64,000 bases of DNA from Leucoraja ocellata (GCA_036785375.1 JAWMAR010000070.1:4402001-4466000); one strand, 5' to 3'; positions 1 through 11,850 are shown, counted from the first letter of the stretch. Translations and numbers: made by a program. The notes: generated from the sequence alone by a model not told the origin.

Positions 1-265
1 ACCCCACTTTGCTATTTCATTGGCGGTGACAATTTCTTCACAGCAGTTATCAGGCATCTGAATCATCCTACCACGCCCAGAGATCTGTCCTGAACTCCCA
101 TCTACCTCTTTGACGACCCTCGGACCACCCTTGATCGTACTTTGCTGCCTTTACCTTACACTAAACGTTATTTAATTTTCAATTATATATGCACTGTAGG
201 AGAATCGATTGTAATCCTGTATTGTCTTTCTGCTGGAGACGTCAATCAATCGCTGCGAAACGTAC

Positions 266-586
266 CGTCAGATACTTCGAGATGAACGTTAAATATTGGA
301 TGGTCGGCAGATGTCTTAATTCCACATCTGTACCATCCTGTATCTCCATCCTGAAGATCGTCCACAGTCACAGTAAATATTCCTCGTGCCGGGTTATCTG
401 TGATTGACAATCTTCCACTCCGTTCGTGTTGCTCATTTGTTTCCACCAAAACTGTACATTGGAGACTCATCCCACGGCACCAGTATTTTGTGTGTGAGCG
501 GTACTCTGCTGCATAGTAACAATCGATTATGGTCGCTGTTCCCACAACTCCTCTTACATCCCGCTTTGCCCACACTGCACCTGAAA
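266..586 (-). CDS. Gene A V1 exon, CD300/pIgR-type Ig V domain
   Basis: TCAG|TTTCAG acceptor, GACG|GTACGT donor, 321 nt, phase 1/1; motifs IDCYY..KYWC-x6-C..SITD..FTVTV..DTGWYRCG. Confidence 0.92.
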
Positions 587-656
587 CTGAGCGGAGAAAC
601 TTTCAGATGGAGAGCAATGAACTGTTTAATGGAAATAGATACATTTTGAAGATTAC

Positions 657-1262
657 TTCTTCATATAAACTTCTTCATCGCCTCCAATGCATTCAGAACT
701 CAGCAGCCCGGATCATCACCCGTACCAGATCATCGGACCACATCACACCCATCCTCGCTCAGCTCCACTGGCTCCCTGTGCACCACCGGATTAACTACAA
801 GATTTTACTGCTGACCTTAAAAGACCTACCGCACCTTGCTCCCCAATACCTCTCTGACTTGCTGCTACCATACACTCCTTCCCGGTCACTTCGTTCCTCC
901 TCAGCTGTAACTTTAACTGTCCCCACATTTAGACTCAGCACAATGGTTGCCAGAGCCTTTGGCTGCTCTACCCCACGTCTCTGGAACACTCTCCCACCTC
1001 CCTTCCGTCACCTAGGCACTATCGATCAATTCAAATCACAAATCAAAACACACCTGTTTAGATTAGCATACCCGACATAACTTCCACAATGTTCACCCTG
1101 ATTTTAATGACTTAAAATATTTTGTGTATTTTTTTGTTTTTTGTTTTTTGGCAACTTAATTTTAATATTGATAATTGTATTGTGATTTTATGTCCTGTAA
1201 GGTGTCCTTGCGTGTCCAGAGAGGCGCTAGCAAATAAAATGCATTATTATTATTAATATTAA

Positions 1263-1329
<67 letters not shown>
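657..1329 (+). mobile_element. L2-clade LINE 3' fragment with (ATT)n tail
   Basis: ORF 529-1080 has LQCIQNSAARII..HITPILAQLHWLPV..RSLRS, typical of the L2 ORF2 C-terminus; tail 1243-1329; empty site in gene C (~37822 gaagattacatgaaag). Confidence 0.9.
1243..1329. repeat. (ATT)n microsatellite (L2 tail)
   Basis: Direct reading. Confidence 0.98.
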
Positions 1330-1457
1330 TGAAAGAAAACTTAAATCGTTCCATGATGTGTCATATTGCTTCACGGCCAATGTCTCCGGCCTGAAGTGCA
1401 GGCAGTGCTGTTATTGTACCAGTTGTGTCAGTGTTCTGTCCCCGGTTCAGTACAATT

Positions 1458-1662
1458 TGGGTTCACTTCCCACTCCAGATCCCAGAGCAGAAACTGGGCT
1501 GGGATCGCAGTGCGGTACTGAGGGAGCGCGGCAGTGTTGCAGGAGCTGCCTTTCAACAATCCCAGGCGGTGCCCGGCCTCTCACCCCACAGAAAGACCCC
1601 ACTTTGCTATTTAATTGGCGGTGCCGCCGGCTACGCTGCCAACATTCATCTCTCAACCGACA
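1458..1662 (+). mobile_element. Old DeuSINE/SacSINE1-like SINE remnant (copies ~20260-20420, 21870-22075, 37036-37195, 37936-38142, 53852-54012, 55441-55646)
   Basis: gggttca..cccactccaga..gcagtgcggtactgagggagcgcggcagtgt and gccaacattcatctctcaacc resemble the Deu-SINE core as I recall it; not database-verified. Confidence 0.55.
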
Positions 1663-1679
1663 CTGGGCAGGACGCGTGT

Positions 1680-1965
1680 TTTTTTAAATTATCAAATAAT
1701 TTATTCAATTATTAAAAATAATATTTACACTACAATAAAACAAGAACCCAACACCATAATACAAGACAAACAAATATACTAAATAAACTACTATACAACT
1801 ATGTTACAATACTTGTCAAGGGTGTATTCAACCACAGGCGGTGCCCAGATGTCCCGGAAATCCCCCAGATGCCCGTGGACAGCGCCTGGTCCTTCTCGAG
1901 ACCCACCCGGACGCGGAAAGCCGACCCGTGTTTAGACATTCACCGCCGCCAATGCTTTCCAACGC
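1680..1965 (-). mobile_element. Tx1-like LINE 3' end (copies ~22090-22380, 38157-38447, 55660-55950)
   Basis: Minus-strand FRVRVGLEKDQALSTG resembles the Tx1 ORF2 C-terminus, followed by an AT-rich 3' UTR with AATAAA and an A-run. Confidence 0.55.
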
Positions 1966-2848
1966 CCTGACTGAGGACAGAGGACGGACGAGATACATTA
2001 AAGCGGGTCCATTAACGGAGAGCGTAGTAGCGTGACAACGCACACCGCCAGATTCGGGGAATGTTTCTTCCCAGCTGTTATCAGACATCGGAATCATCCT
2101 CCCATAACCAGAGAGCAGTGCTGAACTATGTACCTCTTTGGTGACCCTCGGACTATCCTTGATCGGACTTTGCTGGCCTTACCTTACACTAAACGCTATT
2201 TCACATTCATGTATCTATGCGCTGTAAGAGGATCGATTGTAATCATGTATCTGGCAGGTTAGCATGCAACAAAAAGCTTTTCTCTGTACCTCGGTACACG
2301 TGACAATAAACTGAACTTGGATTTCAGCACGACTGGGCCACGGATCCGAGAGCGGATGGAGAGAGAGTTGGGAGTGGGTGGATAGAGCGAGGACAGTGGT
2401 TCAGTCCCAGACTCCGGGGAATTGTTGGGTTTGCGACAGAGTTGAGATGGACAAATGCAGGGAATATTTGAACTGACACAATGAGACCACAATCCTGACT
2501 TCCACCTCTGTTGTATACACATTTTGTTAGTGTAGAATTAACTTCCTGGTGATGTTGGAACCTCTATCCTTCGGTCCAGGTGTCTTGGAGTATCTGCTCC
2601 AAATACATTCGCTATTTTATGCCGATAAACTACCATCAGGATGCAATTAGACCACGTGTTAACGGTGGTTAAACTACGAACATAGTCTAGATATTCAAAT
2701 GTGATTTCAGATCCATCACCACAATGCACTGAGTTCCATCTCCCCCATTACATGTCTACACACACTTAACCATCTCTGCTGTAGAAAGGGTGCACGGGAC
2801 CCCAACTAACATTGATCATTGGAATATCAGGATCTGGCTTTCACTCAC

Positions 2849-2885
2849 ACGGCAGCGAGGAGATGAGAAGAATGGGAATCCACAT
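2849..2885 (-). CDS. Gene A leader (signal peptide) exon MWIPILLISSLP
   Basis: ATG at 2885, hydrophobic 12-mer, phase-1 donor GTGAGT matching the V exon. Confidence 0.9.
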
Positions 2886-2987
2886 TGTTTTATCCACAGT
2901 GACGAGACCAGCACTTGTATGTCTGTCGCTCAGCTCTGAGCTTTCAGAGACAACCGCGTCTCTCAAATAGCAATGACTTAGAAGGGA

Positions 2988-3012
2988 ACAGGAAGTAAGA
3001 TCGTGAACCACA
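2988..3012. promoter_or_regulatory. ETS (ACAGGAAGT) + RUNX (AACCACA) composite ~100-125 bp upstream of the gene A ATG
   Basis: Exact consensus matches at the same position in the paralogous promoters. Confidence 0.55.
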
Positions 3013-4929
3013 GCGAGCCAGCAGCAGCTCGACACGATGTAGTGTGAAAGGCTCAGGGTTATATTTAGCAAATGGTTGGGTCAGATGATCACAGAATCAT
3101 ACGTCACGGAAACAGGCCCATCTCCCCAAATCGTTAGACCAATATGTTCATCTAAGTTAGTCAAATTTGCCCACGCTCGACCCATATCTCCCCAAACCTT
3201 CCCTATCCGTGGACCTGTCCAAGTGCCCGTTCCATGTTGTTATTGCAGCTGCTTCAGTCGCTTCGTCAAGTGTGATGTATCCGTAAGGATGGCGCGCCGG
3301 TTATCTCTGTACTCAGAGTCTGTTAACACTGAACTGTGGTGGAAATATTGACAGACAAATAAAATGCAGGAGCAACACTGCGGGCCCGTCAGCACCTCTG
3401 GAGAAAATGGATAGATGACGTTTCGGGTCGGGACCCTTCGTGTAAACAATGATACGTTGTATAAAATATGACATTTACAAGAGTAAAAATTAGGTTCCAC
3501 TGTATTGTTTTGTACTGTATTAACTTCTAATAAAATAAACGAACAAAAAAAAGAGTAAAAACGTCTAAGATGTGTACACTTCCGGATCATTCCCTCTTGA
3601 TGATTTTGTAAGTGGACCGGCAGGCCAAAAACATGGAACTTTTGTTTTGGAATATTGCTGAAGTGATACACTTAGTGAAGTTAAAGCAAGGTAGAATATG
3701 CACGGTGAATTGAATTGTTAACTTGTCTTCTTCACAAGTGCTAATAAATTATCAGAGTTGTGGTCATGTACATTCCATTGGTTGATTTTGTACATCTGCT
3801 TGCAACGATTTCATTCTGTAGGCAACTAGTTGTATTATAATATGACTTAATATCTGCTGCGGGCTATCGTTCTGGGTGTGTTACTTTCAGGGGAACAGTG
3901 CAGTTTATTCGGGTTATGTCCGTCAGTGGCATTGTTGTGTATCACGTGGTATGGGTGTAACACACTGATGTGTCCGCCACTGATGTTAGCTGAGCGCTGG
4001 CAACCCTCAGTAAATTATCTTTTGTTCGGAGCTATTTCCTGTTTACTTGCCCAACTAGAAACACTGCAGAGGGGAACCGACGATGCAGCAAAACAATTTA
4101 ATCCTGTCTTCATTCGCCATTGACCCATGACTTCTGCAAACACTGCTCAGCAATCAGTGTTACACCGAGCTGCTCGCAAGATGCGGTTCAGAGATACGAA
4201 TCTACAGACTCTTGTTTCAGCAGCGCGAGCAAAGTGTCAGCACTGCAGAACAATTCAGTGTAAAGGGAGAAATGACTGTTTGATCATATTAGATTAAAGT
4301 ACATTGCAAGTCAGCACTCACCGCTAAACACAACAGTGGCATCGACCCGAAATGTCACCCGTTCTTTCCCTCGAGTGATGCCGCCCTTCCCGCGGAGTTG
4401 CTCCAGTATTTTGTGTATATCTGTGGCATCTCAGACCATTTATCTCTCATTATCTGAGAGGCACTTTGGGATGTCCTGCAGTGGGGAAATGATCCAACTC
4501 AAGATCATTCCTCCCATTAGACCATGAACAAGCTCTATTTGAACGGGCCAGGCAGCATCAATGTGACCACAGAATCTGCAAGTATCTCTGGGTATTCAGC
4601 ACCCCTCCCTGACCTGGGGGTTTATGAGTTCAAAGCCGCCTCTGGTCTCATTCCCGCGTCTCCCCGCTTACTGTGTGGATAATATTTATCTTTGTCAGTG
4701 GGACATTTCAGCAATCTTTGAATCTTTCCGAACTTTATGGCGGTTACTCCGTTATTGCAGGTCACCATTTTGTATTCGCAAACAACATCCTTCAAAGTTC
4801 TTTCATGGGCGGGGCTACAGTCACGAGTCAGACTGAGGAAAGCAACACAATGTATTTGCAGTTTCACACCCCGCGCTTTGCAAGCTGCAACTCAACCATT
4901 TTGTTCTGCACAAGAATAGACTTTCAACT

Positions 4930-5062
4930 AGTTTAGTTTAGTTTAGTTTGGAGATACAGCGAAGAAAACGGCCCTTCGGCCCACCGAGTCCACACTGACC
5001 AGCAATCCCCGCACATTACACGCACACTGGGGACGATTTACATTTATAGCATGCCAACTGCG
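4930..5062 (-). mobile_element. HE1/V-SINE 3' portion
   Basis: (gttta)n tail and ggcccttcggcccaccgagtccacactgaccagcaatcccc; matches 41410-41545 and 58850-59150. Confidence 0.75.
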
Positions 5063-5090
5063 TGGGGGGGGGGGGGGGGTGCCCTGACCC

Positions 5091-5299
5091 TATTCCTCGT
5101 GCCGGGTTATCTGTGATTGACACTCTTCCGCTCAGTCCATGTTCCCCATTTGTTTCTATTACATGTGTACACTGGCGACTTGTCCCAGGGCACCAGTATT
5201 TTGTGTGTGAGCGGTACACTGCTGCATAGTGACAATCGATTTTGATCGCTCTTCCCACAACCCCTCTTACTTTGCTCTCAGCCCACAGTGCACCTGAAA
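5091..5299 (-). pseudogene. Orphan truncated V4-type exon
   Basis: VSGALWAES..KYWCPGTSRQC..NPARGI then breaks into gccctgaccc/poly-G; second half and donor are missing; 5300-5980 is homologous to the gene C intron 32534-33430. Confidence 0.88.
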
Positions 5300-6399
5300 C
5301 TGAAGGAAACATATTTCATCAATTGAAGAGCAAAATTAACCTTTCACAAATATATACATTATAGTATACATCAATGTGTACAGGGGAATCCGCCCAATCA
5401 TTTTCGTAACCTGTGTTGAATTCCACCTAGATTGCGATGAGAGACAGATACTGTACACCGTCCCTTACCACCTGCTTCCAAAGCGCTCCCCAGCCAATGT
5501 GGGTGTGAATGGTGAAAAATGATGCATTGAAAATGGAGCCTGTTGCAATTGGACGGCGCTGTCTAGGGAGTCTTGGTGAGTTGCTGCAGTGCATCGTGCA
5601 GATGGTGCAAACTGCTGCTGCTCTGCATCAGCGGGGGAGGTTGAGGATGGGGTGTCTATCAAGCGCGATTCTGGGTCATGACAGACGAGCACAAGTGTTC
5701 AGCGAAACTGTGGCCTAGGCTTTGCTTGGCCTCGCTGATGTAAACCATTCACACTCGCTTCTGGACTTCCCCGTCTCCACACCTACTGGGAGCTACATTT
5801 CAAAACTCACTTTGACAAAAGTAACGGGTTTACTTTATGGAGTGACGGGGAGGCCGATTCACTTTAATTTTGAGAGATTATTCAGGTTCGTCCAGAGATT
5901 CACACAAATTAATAAGTTTTTAATCCTGCCATGATCGTGAAATTGTTTTTAATCCTGCCATGATCATGAAACCCATGCGTACACAAGCAGACCGTACAAA
6001 CTCCATACAGACAGCACCCAAGGTCAGGATCGAACCCGGGACTCGGATGCTGTGAGGCAGCGGCTCTACCTGTTGTGCCAATGTGTGATTGTCTCAGATA
6101 TCTTTCAACTTTCCTTGCAGGCAAGAACACGGATTGAACCCTGGTTAGCAGCATGGGAGCTGCATGCTTGCAAACCGGCAAGCTAAGTGCAGAGTTACGT
6201 CTATGGTACTTCCTCCCCGATGGTTTTGCAAGCCGACTGTGAACACCCTTTCTTGTGTGTTGGTGATAAGGGCTCCCCGGTCAGATACTTTTTTCGTTGC
6301 GTTTTGTTGCACAACCACAGAGCTCCACAAGGCAGCTGTGCTCTGGACAAAACTGTTATCCATCTACTTCTGCAGTGTGCAATTGGCAAGGAAACGTTA

Positions 6400-6660
6400 T
6401 AGATACAACATGGAAACAGGCTCTTCGGCTCACCGAATCTGCGCCAACCAGTGTTCACCCCGGATACAATTTACTGTGCAATTTAACCTACAAACCTGTC
6501 TGACTTTGGTGTGTGGGAGGAAACCGGAACACCGCGAGAAAACCCACGCGGACACAATGAGAACGTACAAACTCCATATAGACAGCAGCCGAGATCAGCA
6601 TTGAACCTGGGTCTCAGGCGCTGTTAGACAGCAACACTACAGCTGTACCACTTTGTTCCA
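6400..6660 (-). mobile_element. HE1/V-SINE
   Basis: Reverse complement of the V-domain core (gtgtgggaggaaaccgga..cccacgcgg..gaacgtacaaactcc) plus a tRNA-like head. Confidence 0.75.
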
Positions 6661-6782
6661 CCTACTGACTTGCCAGGGCAATGTGTTCCCCCTGAGCTAA
6701 CATTCTTATATCTTCATATTTTCCAGCATCTGCAGTTCCTTCTTAAACATTCTTATACTCTGCATGTTCTTGCTGAATTCTT

Positions 6783-7970
6783 GAGAACCAGAGGACATAT
6801 GTTTAAGGTGAGGGGAAAAGATTTAATAGGAACCTGAGGGAAGCTGAACAGGATAGGTTTACAGAGATATGAGCCAAATGTCTTTAGTCAGAGGGTGGGG
6901 AGTTTGTGGAATTTATTTCAACAAGCAACTGTGGAAGCTTATTCGATGGATATTTTTTAGGCAGAGATTGACAGATTCCTGATTAGTGTGGGAGTCAGGG
7001 GCTATGGGGAGAAGGCAGGTGAATGGAGGTGAATGTAGATCAGCCACGATTGAATGGCGGAGTAGAGTTGATGCGCCGAAAGGCCAAATTCTGCACTTAG
7101 AACTTATGAACCTATAAACATTGTGTTTAAGAAGGAATTGCAGATGCTGGAAAATCGGAGGTACTCAAAAATGCTGGAGAAACTCAATGGGTGCGGCAGT
7201 ATCTATGGAGCAAAGAAAATAGGCAACTTTTCGGGCCAAAACCCTTCTTCAGATCAGTCTGAAGAAGGGTTTATTCAGATCAGTCTGAAGAAGGGTTTAG
7301 GCCCGAAACGTTGCCTATTTCCTTCGCTCCATAGATGCTGCTGCACCCGCTGAGCTTCTCCAGCATTTTTGTGAGGTTATGAACATTGATGGTTTGTGGG
7401 TTTCTGCTGCAGTCATATTCTGAGAAAAGTAACACCAGCCCGAAGTAAGTTCCTGACCTGAAATGTCGCTTGCCCATCTCGTTTCAGAGATGATGTTTGA
7501 CCCACTATAGTGGTTTTTTTTTGTTTTGCTCAACTGCTCATATTAACAGGAAGCACGTTGACCACAGCAAGATGCTGCTCATACATTTGACTCAGACCAC
7601 AATATTTATTTCCATCACACGTTGGCCTTTGATGTGTTTGTACATTGACTGGAAATGTGTTCAAAACAAATAAATGTGTACTGTAGGGTGCACAAATTAA
7701 TGTACAAATATGTCAGGCCCCATTCAGTCCTTCATAACTACACTATGCATTAAACTCATAGCTTATCCTTCATATCAATATCCAGTACTATTTATATTTC
7801 CATAAATCCCGTAATATCTAAGAAACAACTGTTCACAGGCTAGATTGCATTGGAGTCATACAATGTAGAAACAGGCCCTTCGGCCCTACTTAACCCTTCA
7901 CACTGCATTTGGACAATTGAGACAACGAAAACCTCATTCCTTGAACTGCACTCTCCTGTTCAGTAAGAAC
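6783..7970 (+). repeat. Direct repeat copy 1 of a ~0.9-1.2 kb segment (copy 2 at ~9592-10490); starts with an old CR1 3' end
   Basis: Colinear similarity, from agaaccagaggacata..gtttaaggtgagggg to ctgcactctcctg..gtaagaa. Confidence 0.85.
7125..7375. mobile_element. Head-to-head inverted pair of Penelope-like terminal repeats
   Basis: atgctggagaaactca..cccttcttcaga / tctgaagaagggttt..tgagcttctccagcat; absent from repeat copy 2. Confidence 0.75.
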
Positions 7971-9147
7971 TTTGCATATTTTGAACCGCTATAGTTGAGT
8001 ACCGCTATAGTTGAGAAGAAGTCCTGTAGCAATGCTGCTTAGACCAGAATTTCCAAATCGAACTTTCTTCTGCTACAGAAAATGTGATTTTTGGAAGTGT
8101 TTCTGTGGTCATGACAGTTGAACCTTCTTGGTTTAGGATCTCACCCAGAAATTTGCATTTCAGGCAGTGATGTACTCTACCAGTTGGCACTGTGGTGCTC
8201 GTAGGTCATGTGCTCATGTACTGGGGAGGGACGGTGTAGACGGGGAATTTTCACGTGGACTCCGGGCTTGTTTGCAGAAAAAAATGTTTTATTACGAATT
8301 GGCCAACTTTGTTTACACATGTCCTGGGGAAGATGCCCTCAGATACAAAACATTCAGTGCCTTTTACACAACCACATCTACATTACCTTCTTCTCCTAAC
8401 TTTACCTTGCATTCTAGTGAGTAGAAAAGATAAAGGAATGCATGTATATTACTCTGTTGTGCTGCTGCAAGTACATACTGCATGACAATAACACACACTT
8501 GACTGACTTTTTGCCTTCTAATAGGCTATAAAATCTGTGAATATTTCTGCAGTTCCACGCTACATTACTCCCCTCCATCTATCCTTGTTTGCGCAGTATC
8601 TAGGGATGGGCTCACTTAGGATCATTTTATTTGCAAATGGTCCCTGAGGCAGGTAAAATCCAGTCTAGACCAAGTTTCAATGAGACCACTTACCCAGGCT
8701 TGAGGATCATTTTACATCTTGGGCTTATCTGCCTTAGCCCATTATCCACTTGAACCCATGTTCTTGCTCGATCCATTGCCCCTTTACGGACTTGAACCCA
8801 CAATATTTTGGCCCAGAGACAATGGGGTGTGGTGTGCTTAGACAGACACTTGCAATTGATTATAATGGGGTTGTTTAATTATTATCTTAATTTACACAGA
8901 GCCAACTCTTCTTCGTCTGAATGTTCAATTAACCTATCCTTTGTCTATTATAACGATGTTTATCTTACCTCTGACTCTTGTGGATCTCGGCAGGGAACCA
9001 GATAATCCTCAGTCGAGGGACCGGGGTTTCCTGGGAACTCGTTCGGGAGTTCAGACTTAATGGATCCGATAGTGCACTTTTCACTCCCCTCGAGGTCCGG
9101 AGCAGACAGCAGCCGCCTACTCAGTCATCGGAGATGGTCCCAGTGAG

Positions 9148-9165
9148 ATCCTGCCGGCTACGGCA
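9148..9165 (-). other. Primer-binding site complementary to tRNA-Ser
   Basis: TGCCGTAGCCGGCAGGAT vs the tRNA-Ser 3' complement TGGCGTAGTCGGCAGGAT (16/18), 1 nt after the LTR terminal CA. Confidence 0.78.
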
Positions 9166-9166
9166 A

Positions 9167-9588
9167 TGTTAAATTTCTATCCGCGCTATCAAACAACAAA
9201 CCCCATTGGTCACTTTAAGAATGTAACAAGTCCTCTTTATTACGCATGCGGGAGTGGGAGAGCATCCACCAGTCTGGTTACACAATCGTTGCCCCTCGCG
9301 GTCCCACTCAATTATTCTTTGCACAGGCAGCATATTTATACATGAATAGTCACGGGTCTAGTTAATCACACAATCAGCACATTCGTGCACCGGTTCTGAT
9401 TGTTTAGAACAAATGTGTTTTTCTCTGCAGCACAACTTGGTATCAGGACTGTTCCCTTTTTAGTCACAATACCTTTTGCAGTTCTGCAAAACCATTCATT
9501 AGTTAGCAATTCTAAGTAAGTAAAGCAGACTTGCCACGCGCAACAAGCAATCTGTATGTACACATGAACTCTTAAACCCCCAGCCACA
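9167..9588 (-). promoter_or_regulatory. 422-bp LTR with TATA box (9340-9334) and AATAAA (9241-9236)
   Basis: Starts TGTGGCTGG, ends TTAACA; TATAAAT precedes AATAAA by ~95 nt as in U3-R-U5. Confidence 0.72.
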
Positions 9589-9591
9589 GTT

Positions 9592-10490
9592 TAAGAACCA
9601 GAGGACATAGGTTTAAGGTGAGGGGGGCAGATTTAATAGGAACCCGAGGGAACCTGGACAGGATAGGTTTCCTTCATTAGAGGGTGGTGAATCTGTGGAA
9701 TTTATTTTAACAGACGGTTGTGGAAGCCAATCCAATGGATATATCTGAGACAGAGATTGACAATTCCTGATCAGTGTGGGTGTCAGGGGTTAGAAGGAGA
9801 AGGCAGGAGAATGGGGATGGGAGGGAAAGATAGATCAGTCATGATTGAATTGTGGAGTAGACTTGAATGGCCAAAAGGTCTAATTCTGCACTAAAAACTT
9901 ACTAACCTATGCACATTGTATGTTTGTGGGTTTCTGTGGCAGTCATATTCGGAGAAAAGTAACACCAGTCTGAAGTAGGGTCCTGACCTGAAATGTCATC
10001 TGCCCATTTCCATTCAGAGATGCTGCTAGACCCACTGAAGTTTTTTTGTGTTTTGCTCAACTGCTCATATTGACAGGAAGCACGTTGACCACAGCAAGAT
10101 GCAGCTCACACATTTGACGCAGAACAGAATATTTATTTCCATCGCACGATGGCCTTTGATGTGTTTGTACTTTGACTGGAAATGTGTTAAAAAAATGTGT
10201 ACTGTAGGGTGAACAAATTTATGAACAGATATGTCAGGCCCCACTAGGTCCTTCATAACTTTACTATGCATTAAAACCATACCTTATCCTTAATCAAGTC
10301 AATATCCAGTACTAGTTCTATTTCCATGGATCCTTTATTATCTAAGAAACAATTGTTCCCAGGCTAGGTTGTATTCGAGTCATAGATTCATACAACGAAG
10401 AAACAGGCCCTTCGGCCATACTTACCACTCCTCACTACGTGCCATGGAAAACCTAACCCCTTCACCTGCACTCTCCTGCTCTGTAAGAAA
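9592..10490 (+). repeat. Direct repeat copy 2; contains candidate gene B polyA signals (minus AATAAA at 10334-10339 and 10132-10137)
   Basis: Similarity to 6783-7970; tttatt hexamers on the plus strand. Confidence 0.75.
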
Positions 10491-11161
10491 TGTGTGATGT
10501 GTTTAGGCTGACCCTTGCAAGGAATGATGATGGGAGGGTTGGGGAATTTGTGAGTGGAGGGAATGAGGGTGGGTATGACACGAATGGGAACCAATGCCAT
10601 TTTATCATTTGTATGCATGATCTAGGCTCATTCATTATACTGGCGGATGAAAGAGATCGTACAAGTGAGTGTAATTCGTAAGGTCATTTGTGATAGGGGC
10701 AGACAATTTGACCCATCAAGGCTACTCCACCATTCAATCATCGCTGATTTACCTCTCCCTCCTAACACCACTCCCCTGCCTTCTCCCCATCACCCCTTAC
10801 ACCTGATGAATTGAACGAAACCGCTCAGAAGGTGTTTGACAAAGTAAAGCTATAAAAAGATGCCGGTTTATCCAAAGACGAACCCAAAATGCTGGAGTAA
10901 CTCAGATGGTCAAGAAATATCTCTGGTGAAAATTGATGGGTAACATTTTGGGTCAGGACCTTTCTACAGACCATCTGAACATGGGTCCCAACTTCAAACA
11001 TCACCTGTCTATTTTGTCCAGAGATGCTGCCTGACCTGTTGAGTTACTCCAGCATTTTGTGTTCATCCTTGAAAACGTATAGGGCAGATAAGAGCAGTGT
11101 AATCTGAACAGAGTGGTAAAGCAAGTGTTGCCAAAAACTCACTCCAAATTAAAAATCTCTC

Positions 11162-11428
11162 CTAAGAAACGACAGAGGCATAGATTGACTCAGGGTTCTC
11201 TGGAGTCATAGTAGAGTGGGGTTTCCGAATGCCCTTTGGGCAGTTGCGGTGAAAATTGACATCTGCGTAGACGACAGCGTTTTCAGCCGCATGCTGCCTT
11301 GATCTCAACTTCCTTTGACAATTCACCACTGCATACGTGATTCCACCTTCATTGTTATCCGAATGGTCACCTGCCCTGTTGTTTTCCAGATTTGTATCAA
11401 CGTGGTTCCCTTCCAACACTGCCATTTC
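11162..11428 (-). CDS. Gene B last exon: cytoplasmic tail with ITIMs ITYAVV, VVYADV, SIYASV
   Basis: TTTCAG|GAA phase-0 acceptor; ORF 11162-11425; three matches to [SIVL]xYxx[IVL]; TAG stop. Confidence 0.9.
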   Translation of the reverse strand, partial: EMAVLEGNHVDTNLENNRAGDHSDNNEGGITYAVVNCQRKLRSRQHAAENAVVYADVNFHRNCPKGIRKPHSTMTPENPESIYASVVS

Positions 11429-11850
11429 CTGAAATATAACAAAATCCCATTTTACAACCTAATAGATTTGAAAGGTCCTCAACAGAGGTCTATTACAAAG
11501 TAGGTCTCAAACTGTTCAGTGTACAGAACAAGCCATGACTGCTGTTTACAACACAAAGATAGTGCAGCACGGTGGAGCAGCGGTAGAGTTGTTGCCTGAC
11601 AGCGCCTACAACAGGTTTGTATTTTAGGTCAATTGGTTTGGTTTAATTGCAAATTGCCCCTAGTGTGTGTAGGATAGTGTTCGTGTGCGGGGTCACCAGT
11701 TGGCGTGGGCTCGGTGGGCCAAAGGGCGTGTTTCTGCGCTGGATCTCTTAACTGGAGTGGACTGCTGTTGCTAAACGGTCGGTGTAAACACTGATAATTC
11801 AATATTATATATTCTTCATCACTCAGAAAATGTATATTTCACATTGTTAC

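Larger units (their letters stand above)
266..2885 (-). other. Gene A (5' part): CD300/pIgR-like (MDIR-like) Ig receptor, leader + V1; continues off the left edge
   Basis: Leader exon 2849-2885 and V exon 266-586; bases 1-245 match the V1-V2 intron of gene B (~20398-20640). Confidence 0.85.
7975..9588 (-). mobile_element. Truncated LTR retroelement (ERV-like): 5' LTR, PBS, leader and degenerate gag-like sequence
   Basis: LTR TG..CA 9588-9167, PBS 9165-9148, splice donor GAG|GTAAGA at 8969/8968, MGSSG start at 8759 followed by stops, PPQY (PPxY-like) motif near 8220-8230. Confidence 0.7.

Noticed and set aside
529-1080. Plus-strand 183-232 aa ORFs (also 20926-21477, 54392-55090) as host genes
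   Set aside because: They are L2 ORF2 C-terminal remnants fused by chance to antisense V-exon sequence.
1162-1380. Poly-Asn and poly-Tyr ORFs (also 55111-55377)
   Set aside because: Translations of the (ATT)n microsatellite.
2259-4936. Short ORFs recurring in every unit (e.g. MHCGDGSE, MGQMITES, MASTRNVT)
   Set aside because: Recurrence reflects recent segmental duplication; there are no domain signatures and several are broken by indels between copies.
5284-5312. CACAGTG heptamer near V exon starts (also ~20968, 32518, 49226, 54559) as a V(D)J recombination signal
   Set aside because: It arises from Ala-Leu-Trp codons inside the exon's 5' end, the best 12-spacer nonamer is only about 5/9, and no RSS follows the V 3' ends. 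Each V exon already has its G strand and a splice donor, so these are not rearranging segments.
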